Positions 26,761-35,725 are shown, counted from the first letter of the stretch. The stretch is DNA of 49,385 nucleotides from Deltaproteobacteria bacterium (GCA_004356735.1 SMWR01000072.1:1-49385), one strand, 5' to 3'. A program made the numbers and translations. The notes: generated from the sequence alone by a model not told the origin.

Positions 26761-28161
26761 TTACAGCGCCTCCTCGACTGCCAAGAGGATTCCGGCGCCG
26801 AGTTCGGCGAGGAGGACGTCGCGCTGGATGCGGAATTCCTCCTGGGATTCCCAGGGGACCGGGTCGCCGGCCGGGGCGTAGACCTGGGTCGGATTCACGT
26901 AGTGTCCGTTCTTCGAAATGCGGAAACAGACGTGGGGACCGGTCGCCAGGCCGGTCGAACCGACGAATCCGACGACCTGCTTCTGAGACACGATCTGGCC
27001 CACCTTGAGACCCTTCGCAAAGCGCGAGAGGTGAGCGTAGTACGAGACGTAGCCGTTGTTGTGGCGGACCTTGACCAGGTTGCCGAAGCCGCCGGCCCAG
27101 CCGCGGTAGGTCACCTTTCCGTCGGCCACGGACCAGAGTGGCGTCCCCCGCGGCGCCACGTAGTCGATGCCGTGATGAGGGCGCGTCAGCTTCAGGATCG
27201 GGTGCCGACGTGCCGACGTGAAGCTCGAGCTGATGCGGCTGTAACTCAGCGGCGCCTTGAGAAACTGACGCTGCACCGAGCTCCCGTCCGGGCGGTAGTA
27301 ACCGCCGCGGCCTTCGCTGGGCTCAAAGTAGAGGGCGCTGTAGTCGCCGGCCGAGCCCGAGTAGCGGGCGGCCAGGATCTTCCCCGGACCCACGTACACG
27401 GGTCCCTCGTCTTCATCCTGGATAAAAAGCCGCTCGTAGAGAATGTGGAACTCGTCGCCGCGCTCGACGCTACGGGAGAAGTCCACGTCCCAGGCGAAGA
27501 TTTCGGAGAAGTCACTGGCGAGCTGTCCCCTCTCGCCCAGTGCCACGACGGCTTCGTGAAGACTCGAGGAGACGATGCCGGCAATCCGGGAAACGCGCGC
27601 CTCGAGCTCGGCCTCCTCGCGAGCCGCCACCCACTCCCGGATCAGGATGCCGTCGAACTGCATCTTCTCGACCCTGCGCAGCACGTAGCGATCGATCTCG
27701 GAGATTTCGAAGCGGAATTCGAGGATCTCAGCATCGAGGTCGCGCACCAGGCGGTAGCGGTGTCCTGGCTGGGCCAGGCGGAAGTCGAAGAGCGGCCGCA
27801 GCTCGCGGGCGATCAATTGTACGATGTCGGGCGCGACCCCGGCATCAGCCAGCGCGCTGGCCAGGCTCTGGCCGGGCGCAAGCGTGCCACGCGTGATGTC
27901 CAGCAGGGACTCCGGCGGCGCTTCGGCGTAGCGTTCGGCCAGCTGCTCGGCCTCGGCCATGGCCAGCTCTTCTTCGACCGGACGCGGCTGCGGGGCCAGG
28001 AACTCGGGCACGAGCGAAGCGTAATCCTGACGCGCAGCCGTGATCACCCCAGCCGACACCACCAGGAACGCGGCGACCAGCAGGGTCAGGGTCGTATCGT
28101 GCTTGAGAATGCGCAGCGCCGCCCGGACCCCTTCCGAGCGCCGCTGCCTCCGTTGCTGCAT
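26761..28161 (-). CDS. M23 family metallopeptidase with N-terminal membrane anchor
   Basis: HHGIDYVAPRGTPLWSVADGKV..GFGNLVKVRHNNGYVSYYAHLS..GSTGLATGPHVCFRI are the M23 HxxxD / HxH motifs. TM segment TLTLLVAAFLVVSAGVITAA. ATG 28161 with GGGGGAA upstream; the longest start is 28254. Confidence 0.88.
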   Translation of the reverse strand: MQQRRQRRSEGVRAALRILKHDTTLTLLVAAFLVVSAGVITAARQDYASLVPEFLAPQPRPVEEELAMAEAEQLAERYAEAPPESLLDITRGTLAPGQSLASALADAGVAPDIVQLIARELRPLFDFRLAQPGHRYRLVRDLDAEILEFRFEISEIDRYVLRRVEKMQFDGILIREWVAAREEAELEARVSRIAGIVSSSLHEAVVALGERGQLASDFSEIFAWDVDFSRSVERGDEFHILYERLFIQDEDEGPVYVGPGKILAARYSGSAGDYSALYFEPSEGRGGYYRPDGSSVQRQFLKAPLSYSRISSSFTSARRHPILKLTRPHHGIDYVAPRGTPLWSVADGKVTYRGWAGGFGNLVKVRHNNGYVSYYAHLSRFAKGLKVGQIVSQKQVVGFVGSTGLATGPHVCFRISKNGHYVNPTQVYAPAGDPVPWESQEEFRIQRDVLLAELGAGILLAVEEAL

Positions 28162-28447
28162 GGGTTCCCCCGCTGCGCCTGGGACGCGCGGTATAGTTAG
28201 CTTTCGGCAGGCAGGTCCGCACGGTACAAGCCTTGGTGAGAAACACAATCGCACACCGGGGTTCCATCGGACCTCTCCCCGGGGGTAGAACCCGATCCCC
28301 GAATACGGCGCAACCTCTCGACTTCAGGGGGTTTTTCTTGCGATCAGGCAGCCCCGGAGTCGTCTGCCGACCTCGGCATGCGGCTCTTCTCGGAATTCTG
28401 GCCCTGGCGCTCGGGGGCTGCGCCTCGCCCGTGTCCGTCGGATCGAG

Positions 28448-28642
28448 ATGCAGACACGGATCGTGCCCGCGGTGGCCGACATGTACGCCGCCATGGCGCC
28501 GCTGGCCGATGCGGCCGACTCCCGCGGCTTCGCCGACCTGGAGCGCGAGTTCGACCGCGATCCGGATTTCCGCCGCCGCTTCCTCGAGCGCGGGATCCGC
28601 ACTCTCGTCGAGATCATCGACGCGTTCGACGAGTTGCGCTAG
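28448..28642 (+). CDS. small hypothetical protein (64 aa); may be the frame-shifted body of a lipoprotein
   Basis: Coding-like composition and G/C third positions (MQTRIVPAVADMYAAMAPLADAADSRGFADLEREFDRDPDFRRRFLERGIRTLVEIIDAFDELR). A lipobox-type signal peptide sits in another frame just upstream (see findings). Confidence 0.5.
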   Translation: MQTRIVPAVADMYAAMAPLADAADSRGFADLEREFDRDPDFRRRFLERGIRTLVEIIDAFDELR

Positions 28643-28667
28643 GCCGTCTGGCGCGATCGTATCTGCC

Positions 28668-30008
28668 TCAGTCCGGGAGCAGCTCCTGGATCGCCTTGTG
28701 GAGCGTTTCGAAGAGCGGCTCGACGTCCTCGACTTCGAGGCACGAAAAGGCGATCCGCAGGTCGGTCGGCGACGTGGCGATCAGTCCGATCCCGTATTCG
28801 TCGAGCAGGTGGACGCGCACCTTCTCGGCGTCGAGCCCGTCGAGCTTCACACACATGAAGTAGCCGCTGTTGAAGGGGTAGACCTCCCAGCTCTCCCGAT
28901 AGCGCGGCAGGTTGGCGACCTCGTACACCTTCTCGGCCCGGGCCCGCAGGATCTCCTGCTTCTGCTTGCGCTCGACGTCGACGCTGGCCGTGGCCAGCGC
29001 CTTCTCCACCAGGGTCTGGGAGAGCTGGGACACGTTCGAGATGCCGCTGCGGATGGCACCGCGGAGCTTGACGTCGAGCACGTCGCAGACCTCGTCGGCG
29101 GTCTCCGCGTTGCCGGGCCCGAAGGTGACGAAGCCACAGCGCAGGCCCCAGACGAAGAATTCCTTGGTGGCGCCGTCGAGCTTCACCGCGAGAAGGTTGG
29201 GATGCCGCCCGGTGAGCAGCGCGAACAGGCTCTCGGTCATCGACGGCTGGCCCAGGTGGTAGTAGAGCCCGAAATAGGCGTCGTCACAGAAAACGATCAG
29301 CTTGCCGCCGGCTGCGGCCGTGTGCAGCAGGGCGTCGACGATGGCGGCGCCCTCGGCGGGCGTGGGCACGTAGCCGGTCGGGTTGTTGGGGAAATTGAGG
29401 AGCACGGCCAGCTTGTCGCACGCGGACGCGTGCTCGGTCAACGCGCTCGCGAAGCCATCGGTGTTGAACCCACCCCCGCTGAAGAAGGGGTAGGTGACGA
29501 TCTTCGCGCCGAGCCGCACCTCGTAGCTCAGCCGGTAGTTGCCCCAGAGCTTGTCGGGCAGCAGGACCCGGTCGCCCTCGGAGAGGAAGAGCTCGCCCGC
29601 GAGCATCAGTCCGTGAGTGATGGCGCTCGTCACGATGGGCTGGCCGAAGGTCTTGCCTTCGAGCGATGGGTTCTCGGCCAGCAGCTTCTCGCGCCAACGC
29701 TCGCGGAGTGCGGGGCGGCCCGCCGGCGGTGCGTAGCCGAAGGCATCGGCAGGTTCGATGTCGACCAGATACTGGGCGATCGACGGCAGGTACATGGGGC
29801 CGCCCTTCTCGGTGGCGACACCGATCGTGGCGTTGATCCGGTGGCCCTTCTGCTTGGCCTCGGCCGACTGCGTCAGGATTCCCTTCGGAAAGTAGAGGCG
29901 ACGGCCCAGCGGCGAGAGCATGGACGCCACCTCGGGCGATGCCTGCTCGAGCCGCGCATTGAGTTCGCGGGCCAGCGGATTCAGGTTTTCGTCGGATGTG
30001 GGGGCCAT
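28668..30008 (-). CDS. PLP-dependent aminotransferase, class I/II
   Basis: NFPNNPTGYVPT, FCDDAYFGLYY and DGATKEFFVWGLRCG (PLP-lysine region). SD GGAG before ATG 30008. Confidence 0.85.
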   Translation of the reverse strand: MAPTSDENLNPLARELNARLEQASPEVASMLSPLGRRLYFPKGILTQSAEAKQKGHRINATIGVATEKGGPMYLPSIAQYLVDIEPADAFGYAPPAGRPALRERWREKLLAENPSLEGKTFGQPIVTSAITHGLMLAGELFLSEGDRVLLPDKLWGNYRLSYEVRLGAKIVTYPFFSGGGFNTDGFASALTEHASACDKLAVLLNFPNNPTGYVPTPAEGAAIVDALLHTAAAGGKLIVFCDDAYFGLYYHLGQPSMTESLFALLTGRHPNLLAVKLDGATKEFFVWGLRCGFVTFGPGNAETADEVCDVLDVKLRGAIRSGISNVSQLSQTLVEKALATASVDVERKQKQEILRARAEKVYEVANLPRYRESWEVYPFNSGYFMCVKLDGLDAEKVRVHLLDEYGIGLIATSPTDLRIAFSCLEVEDVEPLFETLHKAIQELLPD

Positions 30009-30073
30009 ATCGCGCTCCAGTCGGACGCGAGCCCGGCGCGGGTACGCCGGGCTTCGACGCAGAAGCTACCGAC

Positions 30074-30541
30074 TCAGAGACGCCGATGCAGCACGTCCAG
30101 GAAGTCCGCGTAGCCCAGCGCCCGCCAGAAGGCCTGACCCTCGACGTTGCCGGCCACCACCCGCACCTCGATGCGCTCGACCCCCTGCTCCCGCGCCCAG
30201 CCCGTGGCCGCCTCCACCAGCGCCCGGCCCCCTCCGCGCCGCCGCGCAGACGCCTCCACCATCAACTCGGCGATCTCGGCCCGACACCGTTCCTCGAGGA
30301 TCGGCGGCGCCCGGTCGACGCGCGCCCCGCAGAAGCCGAGCAGCTCGCCGCCCTCCTCCCACACGAACAGGACCGACTCCACGTCGTCCAGCTGCGCCTC
30401 GAGCGACTTTCGCAGCCCGCTGAACCCACCCCCCCGGATCTGGTAATGCGGATCCAGCCGTGCGTGATGCTCCAGCAGCTCGAGCCAGAGCGCAAGCAGA
30501 CCGTCGAGATCGCTCCGCGTCGCCTGCCGGACCGGTTTCAC
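30074..30541 (-). CDS. GNAT family N-acetyltransferase
   Basis: AELMVEASARRRGGGRALVEAATGWAREQG matches the acetyl-CoA binding motif A (Q/RxxGxG/A). GTGA overlap with the upstream stop. Confidence 0.85.
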   Translation of the reverse strand: MKPVRQATRSDLDGLLALWLELLEHHARLDPHYQIRGGGFSGLRKSLEAQLDDVESVLFVWEEGGELLGFCGARVDRAPPILEERCRAEIAELMVEASARRRGGGRALVEAATGWAREQGVERIEVRVVAGNVEGQAFWRALGYADFLDVLHRRL

Positions 30542-31653
30542 GGCGGGGATAGACCCTGGAGCCGATCCCGGATTGCATTGGGGATCTCCTCCTCGGGCAT
30601 GCCCGAGGCGAGCAGGGATACCACCTCCGCGGTTAGGGCATCGACCTGTGCAGCGTTCATCTTCAGGCCGCGAACGTCTATCTCTTGCTGGATGCCCTGC
30701 TTCACCCGCTGCGCCGTCAGCTTCTGCCGCACCAGCTGCGCGGCTTCGGCGCGGGACCTGCCTTGGAGGGCAACGTTGATCATGTCGGTGACGAGCTGCT
30801 CCTTCTCGTCGTCTTCGAGTCTGACAGCCGATTCCTTCAAGATGATGTCGAGCTGCTTCTTGGTCTCGTTGCGGACCACGCTGCTGCTGGCGACGCCCCG
30901 TCGGAAGCCGGCCTCCTGAATTTCCTTCTGGGAGCGCTTCTCGAGCTGGCCGACGGCGCCCGAGCGACGCATGATGAACCTGCCCTTGCGGCTGCCGTCG
31001 CGGTCGAAGCTTCCGCGCAGGACGCCGCCGCCCTCGTCGACCTTCGTCGTCTCCCAGCGGGTGGCGCCCTCCATGGTCTCGCTGAGCCCGGAGCCCATCA
31101 CGTCGAGCTGCTCGAAGCGGGGAAGGTCAAGCAGGCCCTGGATGCTCCAGTTCTCCTCGAAGGTAATGATCGAGGCCGAGCCCGGCCGGGCGCGGCCCGT
31201 CGATTTCCAGCCACCGGCGTCGGAGCCGCGCAGGGTCTTCTTCTTCTGTCCGCGGTTGTTGATCTTGAGACCGCTACTGATATTGGCGAGCTGGGCTTCG
31301 CTGGGCTCCCAGGCACCGAGCACCCGGGCCAGACCGGCCTGACGTCGTTCGAAGCGCCCCGACTCATTGCTGAAGACGACGATCGGATACTCGATCCAGC
31401 TGAGCCGACTGCCCTTCATTTCGAAGACCCAGACGCGGTCGCTCCAGCGCAGCTGATCGGGCCTGGACGTGTTGGCATCCGTGTAGTGGATCAGCACGTG
31501 CCAGGTTCCGACCAGATCCAGCGGGGCAATCGGGGCGATCTGGGCGGCGGCCCTTCCGGGGAGCAGGAGAGCGAGCAGCAGGAAGGGCGCGACGCGCCTC
31601 GAAACGATGCGGGTCGCTAGATGCTTCGTTCGATGTCGGGGAAGCTGCGCCAT
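30538..31653 (-). CDS. secreted hypothetical protein
   Basis: Signal peptide RRVAPFLLLALLLPGRAAAQ, followed by a beta-rich region and a Lys/Glu-rich helical C-terminus. ATG 31653 (alternative TTG 31668) overlaps the thyX 3' end. Confidence 0.65.
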   Translation of the reverse strand: MAQLPRHRTKHLATRIVSRRVAPFLLLALLLPGRAAAQIAPIAPLDLVGTWHVLIHYTDANTSRPDQLRWSDRVWVFEMKGSRLSWIEYPIVVFSNESGRFERRQAGLARVLGAWEPSEAQLANISSGLKINNRGQKKKTLRGSDAGGWKSTGRARPGSASIITFEENWSIQGLLDLPRFEQLDVMGSGLSETMEGATRWETTKVDEGGGVLRGSFDRDGSRKGRFIMRRSGAVGQLEKRSQKEIQEAGFRRGVASSSVVRNETKKQLDIILKESAVRLEDDEKEQLVTDMINVALQGRSRAEAAQLVRQKLTAQRVKQGIQQEIDVRGLKMNAAQVDALTAEVVSLLASGMPEEEIPNAIRDRLQGLSPP

Positions 31654-33152
31654 ACCGGCACTCCGCAAAAGTGCGAGCCTTCAGTGCAGCGGGGTCTCAC
31701 GAGACCCGAGCGGACAAAGCAGGGCGGGCCCACGTGTTCGACCAGCTTCGGGTGGATCTCGCGCACCTGTTCCACCTCTTCCATGGACGCCTGGAAGATC
31801 TCGCGTTGGGCGTTGAGACAGGTCCGCAGGGTCCACTTGTGGATCAGGTCGAGGAGCGTTCCCGACTCTTCGAAGCGCACGGCCAGGGCGTTGGGCAACA
31901 CGTAGAGGGCGAGTTCGGGCTCGACGCCCAGCCGCAGCAACCGGTCCCTCGCGGACCACGATGCCTCGACGGCCTCGACGAAAACGGCGTGGGCGCCGCG
32001 GTCGTTGCGGATCAGCTCGGGCTCGATCACGTCGACGTGGCCGGGCACCGTGCGCGACAGCAGCGGGCGCGAGCCGGGCACCGTGCGGTGACGCTGGTCT
32101 TGGGAGTCGGCCGTGTGGGACAACTTCTTGCGGAAGGTGAAGTGCGCGTGGGCCAGGGTGCGCATCAGGGGCGAATGGGTCGAGACGTTCAGCGTCTCGA
32201 GCAGATAGGGATTCTTCGCCGGGTCCAGGACCAGCTCGAGAGCCGCGTCGTCGTCGAGGTCGCTTCGACCGAGCACGTGGCGCACCGCCCCGGCGATCAC
32301 CTCGGGGCCACGGGCGCTCCAGTCGATGAGTCGCGCGCTCTTTCCTTCGAGGGACTTGTCGAATGCCTCACAGGCGGCGGAATCGCCCAGACCGGGCGGC
32401 GCCAAGCTGCGCTCTGGCGTCTGCTCGAGCGGGAGCGGCGCGTCGCCGACCCGCGAGAAGAAGTCCGGGTCCAGCCGCTCGACCTTCGCCACCATGCGGC
32501 CCACCACGTCGGCCGCCTCCTGGGGCGTGTCGCCAACGTTCATCATGCGCCGCAGTCGGTACAGAACCAGGCCCGAAATCGTGTAGACCATGGCCGTGTG
32601 ACACGCGATCGGGATCACGTAGCGCGCGGTCTCGATGGCCTTCTTTTCGGCCTCGCGCCGCACGTTCTTCCCGAACTCGACGTTCTGGCGATCCTTGAGA
32701 CGCCAGAGATCCGAAAGGATTTCGCCCGTCACGGGTTCGAGCCGCTGGGTCAGCTCGCGGTAGGCCGACCAGCCGTGCTCGAGGGCGGCCTCGAAGATCG
32801 CCCGGGCTTCAGCGTCGAGCCCCGGCGGAACATGGGCCGCGACCTGATCGAGCTTGACGTAGCGCTGACTCTGCTGCTCGGTGTTGTAGTAAGGGAATCC
32901 GTGCAAGAAGGTCCAGACGAGCTGGCGCGAGATTCCCGACAGGGCGAACTCGAAAGTGGCATGCTGAAACACCGTATGGTGTCCGCCCTTGAAGGTCAGC
33001 GGGCCGATGCGGGCGCGCTGTCCGTCGGTGATCTCGTCCGCATCGATGACGCGGGACGAATAGCAGGTCCGCGCAGCAGAAATCGCATCGTCATACGGAC
33101 GATCGAACCAGTTGCGAAGTCGGACCTCCGGACCCGTGTCGACGACAGTCAC
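31617..33152 (-). CDS. thyX: FAD-dependent thymidylate synthase, tandem-domain (pseudo-dimeric) form
   Basis: First half: GGHHTVFQHATFEFALSGISRQLVW..EQQSQRYV, with the RHR motif degenerate. Second half: HFTFRKKLSHTADSQDQRHRTVPGSR, with RHR intact. GTG 33152 is preceded by GGAGGGGGAG at a 6-nt spacing; the track ORF extends further, to 33359. Confidence 0.8.
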   Translation of the reverse strand: MTVVDTGPEVRLRNWFDRPYDDAISAARTCYSSRVIDADEITDGQRARIGPLTFKGGHHTVFQHATFEFALSGISRQLVWTFLHGFPYYNTEQQSQRYVKLDQVAAHVPPGLDAEARAIFEAALEHGWSAYRELTQRLEPVTGEILSDLWRLKDRQNVEFGKNVRREAEKKAIETARYVIPIACHTAMVYTISGLVLYRLRRMMNVGDTPQEAADVVGRMVAKVERLDPDFFSRVGDAPLPLEQTPERSLAPPGLGDSAACEAFDKSLEGKSARLIDWSARGPEVIAGAVRHVLGRSDLDDDAALELVLDPAKNPYLLETLNVSTHSPLMRTLAHAHFTFRKKLSHTADSQDQRHRTVPGSRPLLSRTVPGHVDVIEPELIRNDRGAHAVFVEAVEASWSARDRLLRLGVEPELALYVLPNALAVRFEESGTLLDLIHKWTLRTCLNAQREIFQASMEEVEQVREIHPKLVEHVGPPCFVRSGLVRPRCTEGSHFCGVPVWRSFPDIERSI

Positions 33153-33328
33153 ACTCCCCCTCCGCAACCTACTCTGACAGACACTTCGACCCCCTTCAAC
33201 AATCATACGGGTGATGGGGGAAGGTTGCGGACGCGTCCCCGCCGGAGATCCGCCGGCCGCCAGGCGCCGCGGGCACTTCGGCCGCCAATCGGACCCGTCG
33301 CCCCGGCCGCACCGACCGGGGATCCGAT

Positions 33329-33372
33329 GGCAGACGCCGCCTGCCGGGCCGGCAGACACCGCCCGCCGGGCC
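33329..33372 (+). repeat. two tandem 22-bp repeats, candidate enhancer (UAS) for the downstream sigma-54 promoter
   Basis: GGCAGACGCCGCCTGCCGGGCC / GGCAGACACCGCCCGCCGGGCC (20/22 identical). Their junction forms the palindrome CTGCCGG-G-CCGGCAG (33341-33355). They lie 190-230 bp upstream of the -24 box. Confidence 0.5.
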
Positions 33373-33558
33373 GCGTGAGTGGAATGGAGTGGACGGGGCC
33401 GCGAGAAAGGGGTGCAATGGGCTTCTCAATAATCCCGTTGAGAGTGGAAACTTGCATTTTCACGGATCCGGCTGGCCGCCTTTCGCCTGAAGGACTGACC
33501 CTTTTCTTTCAAGGGCTTCGGGTGTGGAGTTGCGGCTTGGGCACGGGCGTCCTGCCGC

Positions 33559-33573
33559 TGGCACAGGGATTGC
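33559..33573 (+). promoter_or_regulatory. sigma-54 (RpoN) -24/-12 promoter
   Basis: TGGCAC-AGGGA-TTGC matches TGGCAC-N5-TTGC exactly. It lies 80 nt upstream of ATG 33653, in a 500-nt divergent intergenic region. Confidence 0.75.
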
Positions 33574-33652
33574 CGTAGCAGGCACTGGAGGCGTTCGCGC
33601 GGAGGCCGACGGAGGTTGTGGGTCGCAGCGCGGAACTGCCGGTTTCGAAGCC

Positions 33653-35695
33653 ATGACATCACTCTGGATCGTGCATCGCGAGCCCTACTTCCGGGCCGCC
33701 CTCGGGCGGCTGGCGGCGGCCTCCGGTTCGGTCCTCGAGGGCCCCCCGGGCGACGCTTGCTTCGACCCGGAACGGGCTCCCGAGGTGGTCGTGCTGGGTC
33801 TCTCGGGCGACCTGGAGAGCGAGCTCGAGTTCGCCCACCGCACCGCACCGCGAATGCGCCTGACGGGCTGGGTCGCGGTGGCCGAGCGGCACCGGCTCGA
33901 GTTCGCGAGGCAGCTCTTCGACACGCTGCCAGCGGAGTTCCTGATCTGGCCACCCCAAGCCACGGTGCTGCGCGATGCCATCCGGCGCGCGGCCCTGCGC
34001 GGCAGCGAATCGCCGCTGGCGCTCTCGATGCGACCCGAACGCGACGCCCTGAGTGAGCACTTCGCCCGCGCCTTCGCGGATCTCGAGATGCCCGGGCTGC
34101 TGCGGGCCATGGACCCGCGTCTGCTCCAGGTACCCCTGCTGATCCGGGGCGAGCCGGGCACCGGCCGCGAGACCCTGGCCCGCTACGTACACCGCTTCGG
34201 GCCCACCGCACGCGGTCCGCTGGTGCAGATCGTGAGCCGACGGGATTCGACGGCCTCTGGCCTGCTGGAGCGGATCGATGCAGCGCTTCGCGACCGCGCG
34301 ACCTCACGCATCACCACCTTCTGGCTGCAGGACGCGGACCAGCTCGACCCTGCGGTGCAATGCGAAGTCGCCGGATGGATCGCCTACGGACTACCCGCGG
34401 GGACGCCCCGAGCCAGCACCGTGCGTTGGATCGTGAGCAGCCAACCGGTGGGCCTGACGGTGGAGCTGCAGCGCTGCGCCGGCGGGCTCTCGATCGAAAT
34501 CCCGCCGCTGCGCGATCGTTCCCACGCCATCGCCCATCTCGCCAGCAGCACGGCGCTGGCCTGGTGTAGCAGCCGGGGCCTGCGGCCGCGCCGCATCGAC
34601 GAGTATGCGCTCTTCGAGCTGAGCGAGTATCCGTGGCCGGGCAATCTCGGCGAGCTCGAAGCCGTAATCGCGCAATCACTGGCCGCGACGGCGCGCGATC
34701 CCCTCAAGACCGAAGACCTGATCCTCGACGGCGAGCCCTTCGCCGCCGTCGACGCCGAGTCGCTGGGTAGCCTGCTCGATTCCGACGAGGCCAGCGACGA
34801 GGCCAGCGACGAAGCCACCCGCATCGCGGTCGTCGAGGCAGATGCCGCCGAAGCAGCGACCGATGAGCCCCCGGCGGAGCTGATCACCGAGATGGAGGAG
34901 GTCGCGATTCCGATCGAGGCGCTCGAGGGCAGCGCAGCCGCCCCCGAACCCGCAGGGGTGACGCAGGCCGCCCTGCCGGAGCTCGAGACCGTAATCGCCG
35001 AGCCGGCGACTCCCATCGGCGAAGCCTGGCTGAAGCGGCTCTCGGGAGCCATGAGTCACGAGGTGCGCAACCCGCTCACGGCCCTCCGCACCTTCACACA
35101 GCTCCTGCCCGAACGCCATGCCGACGAAGAATTCCGAGACCGTTTCGCTCAATACGCCGCCGAGGGTCTCGACAGAATCGAGGGAGTCCTGACCGGGCTC
35201 GACCGCTTGGCGGCGTTCCGAGAGCCAGAGCCGCGCCCCGTGGACGTGGGACGCATGCTCGAGGAGCTGCTCGACAAACGGCGGAACACGATCCACGAGC
35301 GACGCCTGCTGGTGCTCGAGGAGCTCGACCGCAGCTGGCCCGAGGCCATCGGCGATCCGGAGCAACTGCGGTTCGCGTTCGAATCGCTGCTCGACAAGGC
35401 CCTCGAGCTCGTCCCGGAGCGCGGCGACCTCTACATCGCATCGAAGCGCCACGAGTCGGGTCTGCGCTCGCAGCCGAGCGTTCGGATCCTGCTGCGCTAT
35501 CGCGGTCCCGAAGCTGGCGACGCAGCAGCCCAGATCACCGATCTCTCGCCGGCCGCGAACGCACTGGCATTCGCCATCGCCGAGCTGCTCGTGCAGGCAC
35601 AGCACGGCAGCTTCGCCCTCGACACCAGCGACCGCAACGAGACCCTGGTCGTGATCGACCTGCCCGCCGAAAGCGTGAAGACGGGGGCGGCCTAA
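33653..35695 (+). CDS. fusion protein: degenerate NtrC-like AAA+ (sigma-54 interaction) module plus HisKA with a degenerate ATP-binding domain
   Basis: AAA+ part: LLIRGEPGTGRE (Walker A Lys replaced by Arg), no GAFTGA loop, Walker B region TFWLQDADQL, but the signature YPWPGNLGELEAVI is kept. An acidic linker follows (SDEASDEASDEA). H-box: LSGAMSHEVRNPLTAL. CA region: LLDKALE (N-box Asn replaced by Lys), no DxGxG, and ANALAFAIAELLVQAQHG in place of GxGLGLaIv..iv..HgG. Confidence 0.8.
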   Translation: MTSLWIVHREPYFRAALGRLAAASGSVLEGPPGDACFDPERAPEVVVLGLSGDLESELEFAHRTAPRMRLTGWVAVAERHRLEFARQLFDTLPAEFLIWPPQATVLRDAIRRAALRGSESPLALSMRPERDALSEHFARAFADLEMPGLLRAMDPRLLQVPLLIRGEPGTGRETLARYVHRFGPTARGPLVQIVSRRDSTASGLLERIDAALRDRATSRITTFWLQDADQLDPAVQCEVAGWIAYGLPAGTPRASTVRWIVSSQPVGLTVELQRCAGGLSIEIPPLRDRSHAIAHLASSTALAWCSSRGLRPRRIDEYALFELSEYPWPGNLGELEAVIAQSLAATARDPLKTEDLILDGEPFAAVDAESLGSLLDSDEASDEASDEATRIAVVEADAAEAATDEPPAELITEMEEVAIPIEALEGSAAAPEPAGVTQAALPELETVIAEPATPIGEAWLKRLSGAMSHEVRNPLTALRTFTQLLPERHADEEFRDRFAQYAAEGLDRIEGVLTGLDRLAAFREPEPRPVDVGRMLEELLDKRRNTIHERRLLVLEELDRSWPEAIGDPEQLRFAFESLLDKALELVPERGDLYIASKRHESGLRSQPSVRILLRYRGPEAGDAAAQITDLSPAANALAFAIAELLVQAQHGSFALDTSDRNETLVVIDLPAESVKTGAA

Positions 35696-35725
35696 GGCCG
35701 GGGACGTTGTGGCGGGCGGGGAGCT

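Noticed and set aside
33445-33456. Sigma-54-like TGGAAACTTGCA in the thyX / HK-fusion spacer.
   Set aside because: The GG-to-GC offset is 8 nt instead of the invariant 12 nt, so it cannot be a -24/-12 promoter.
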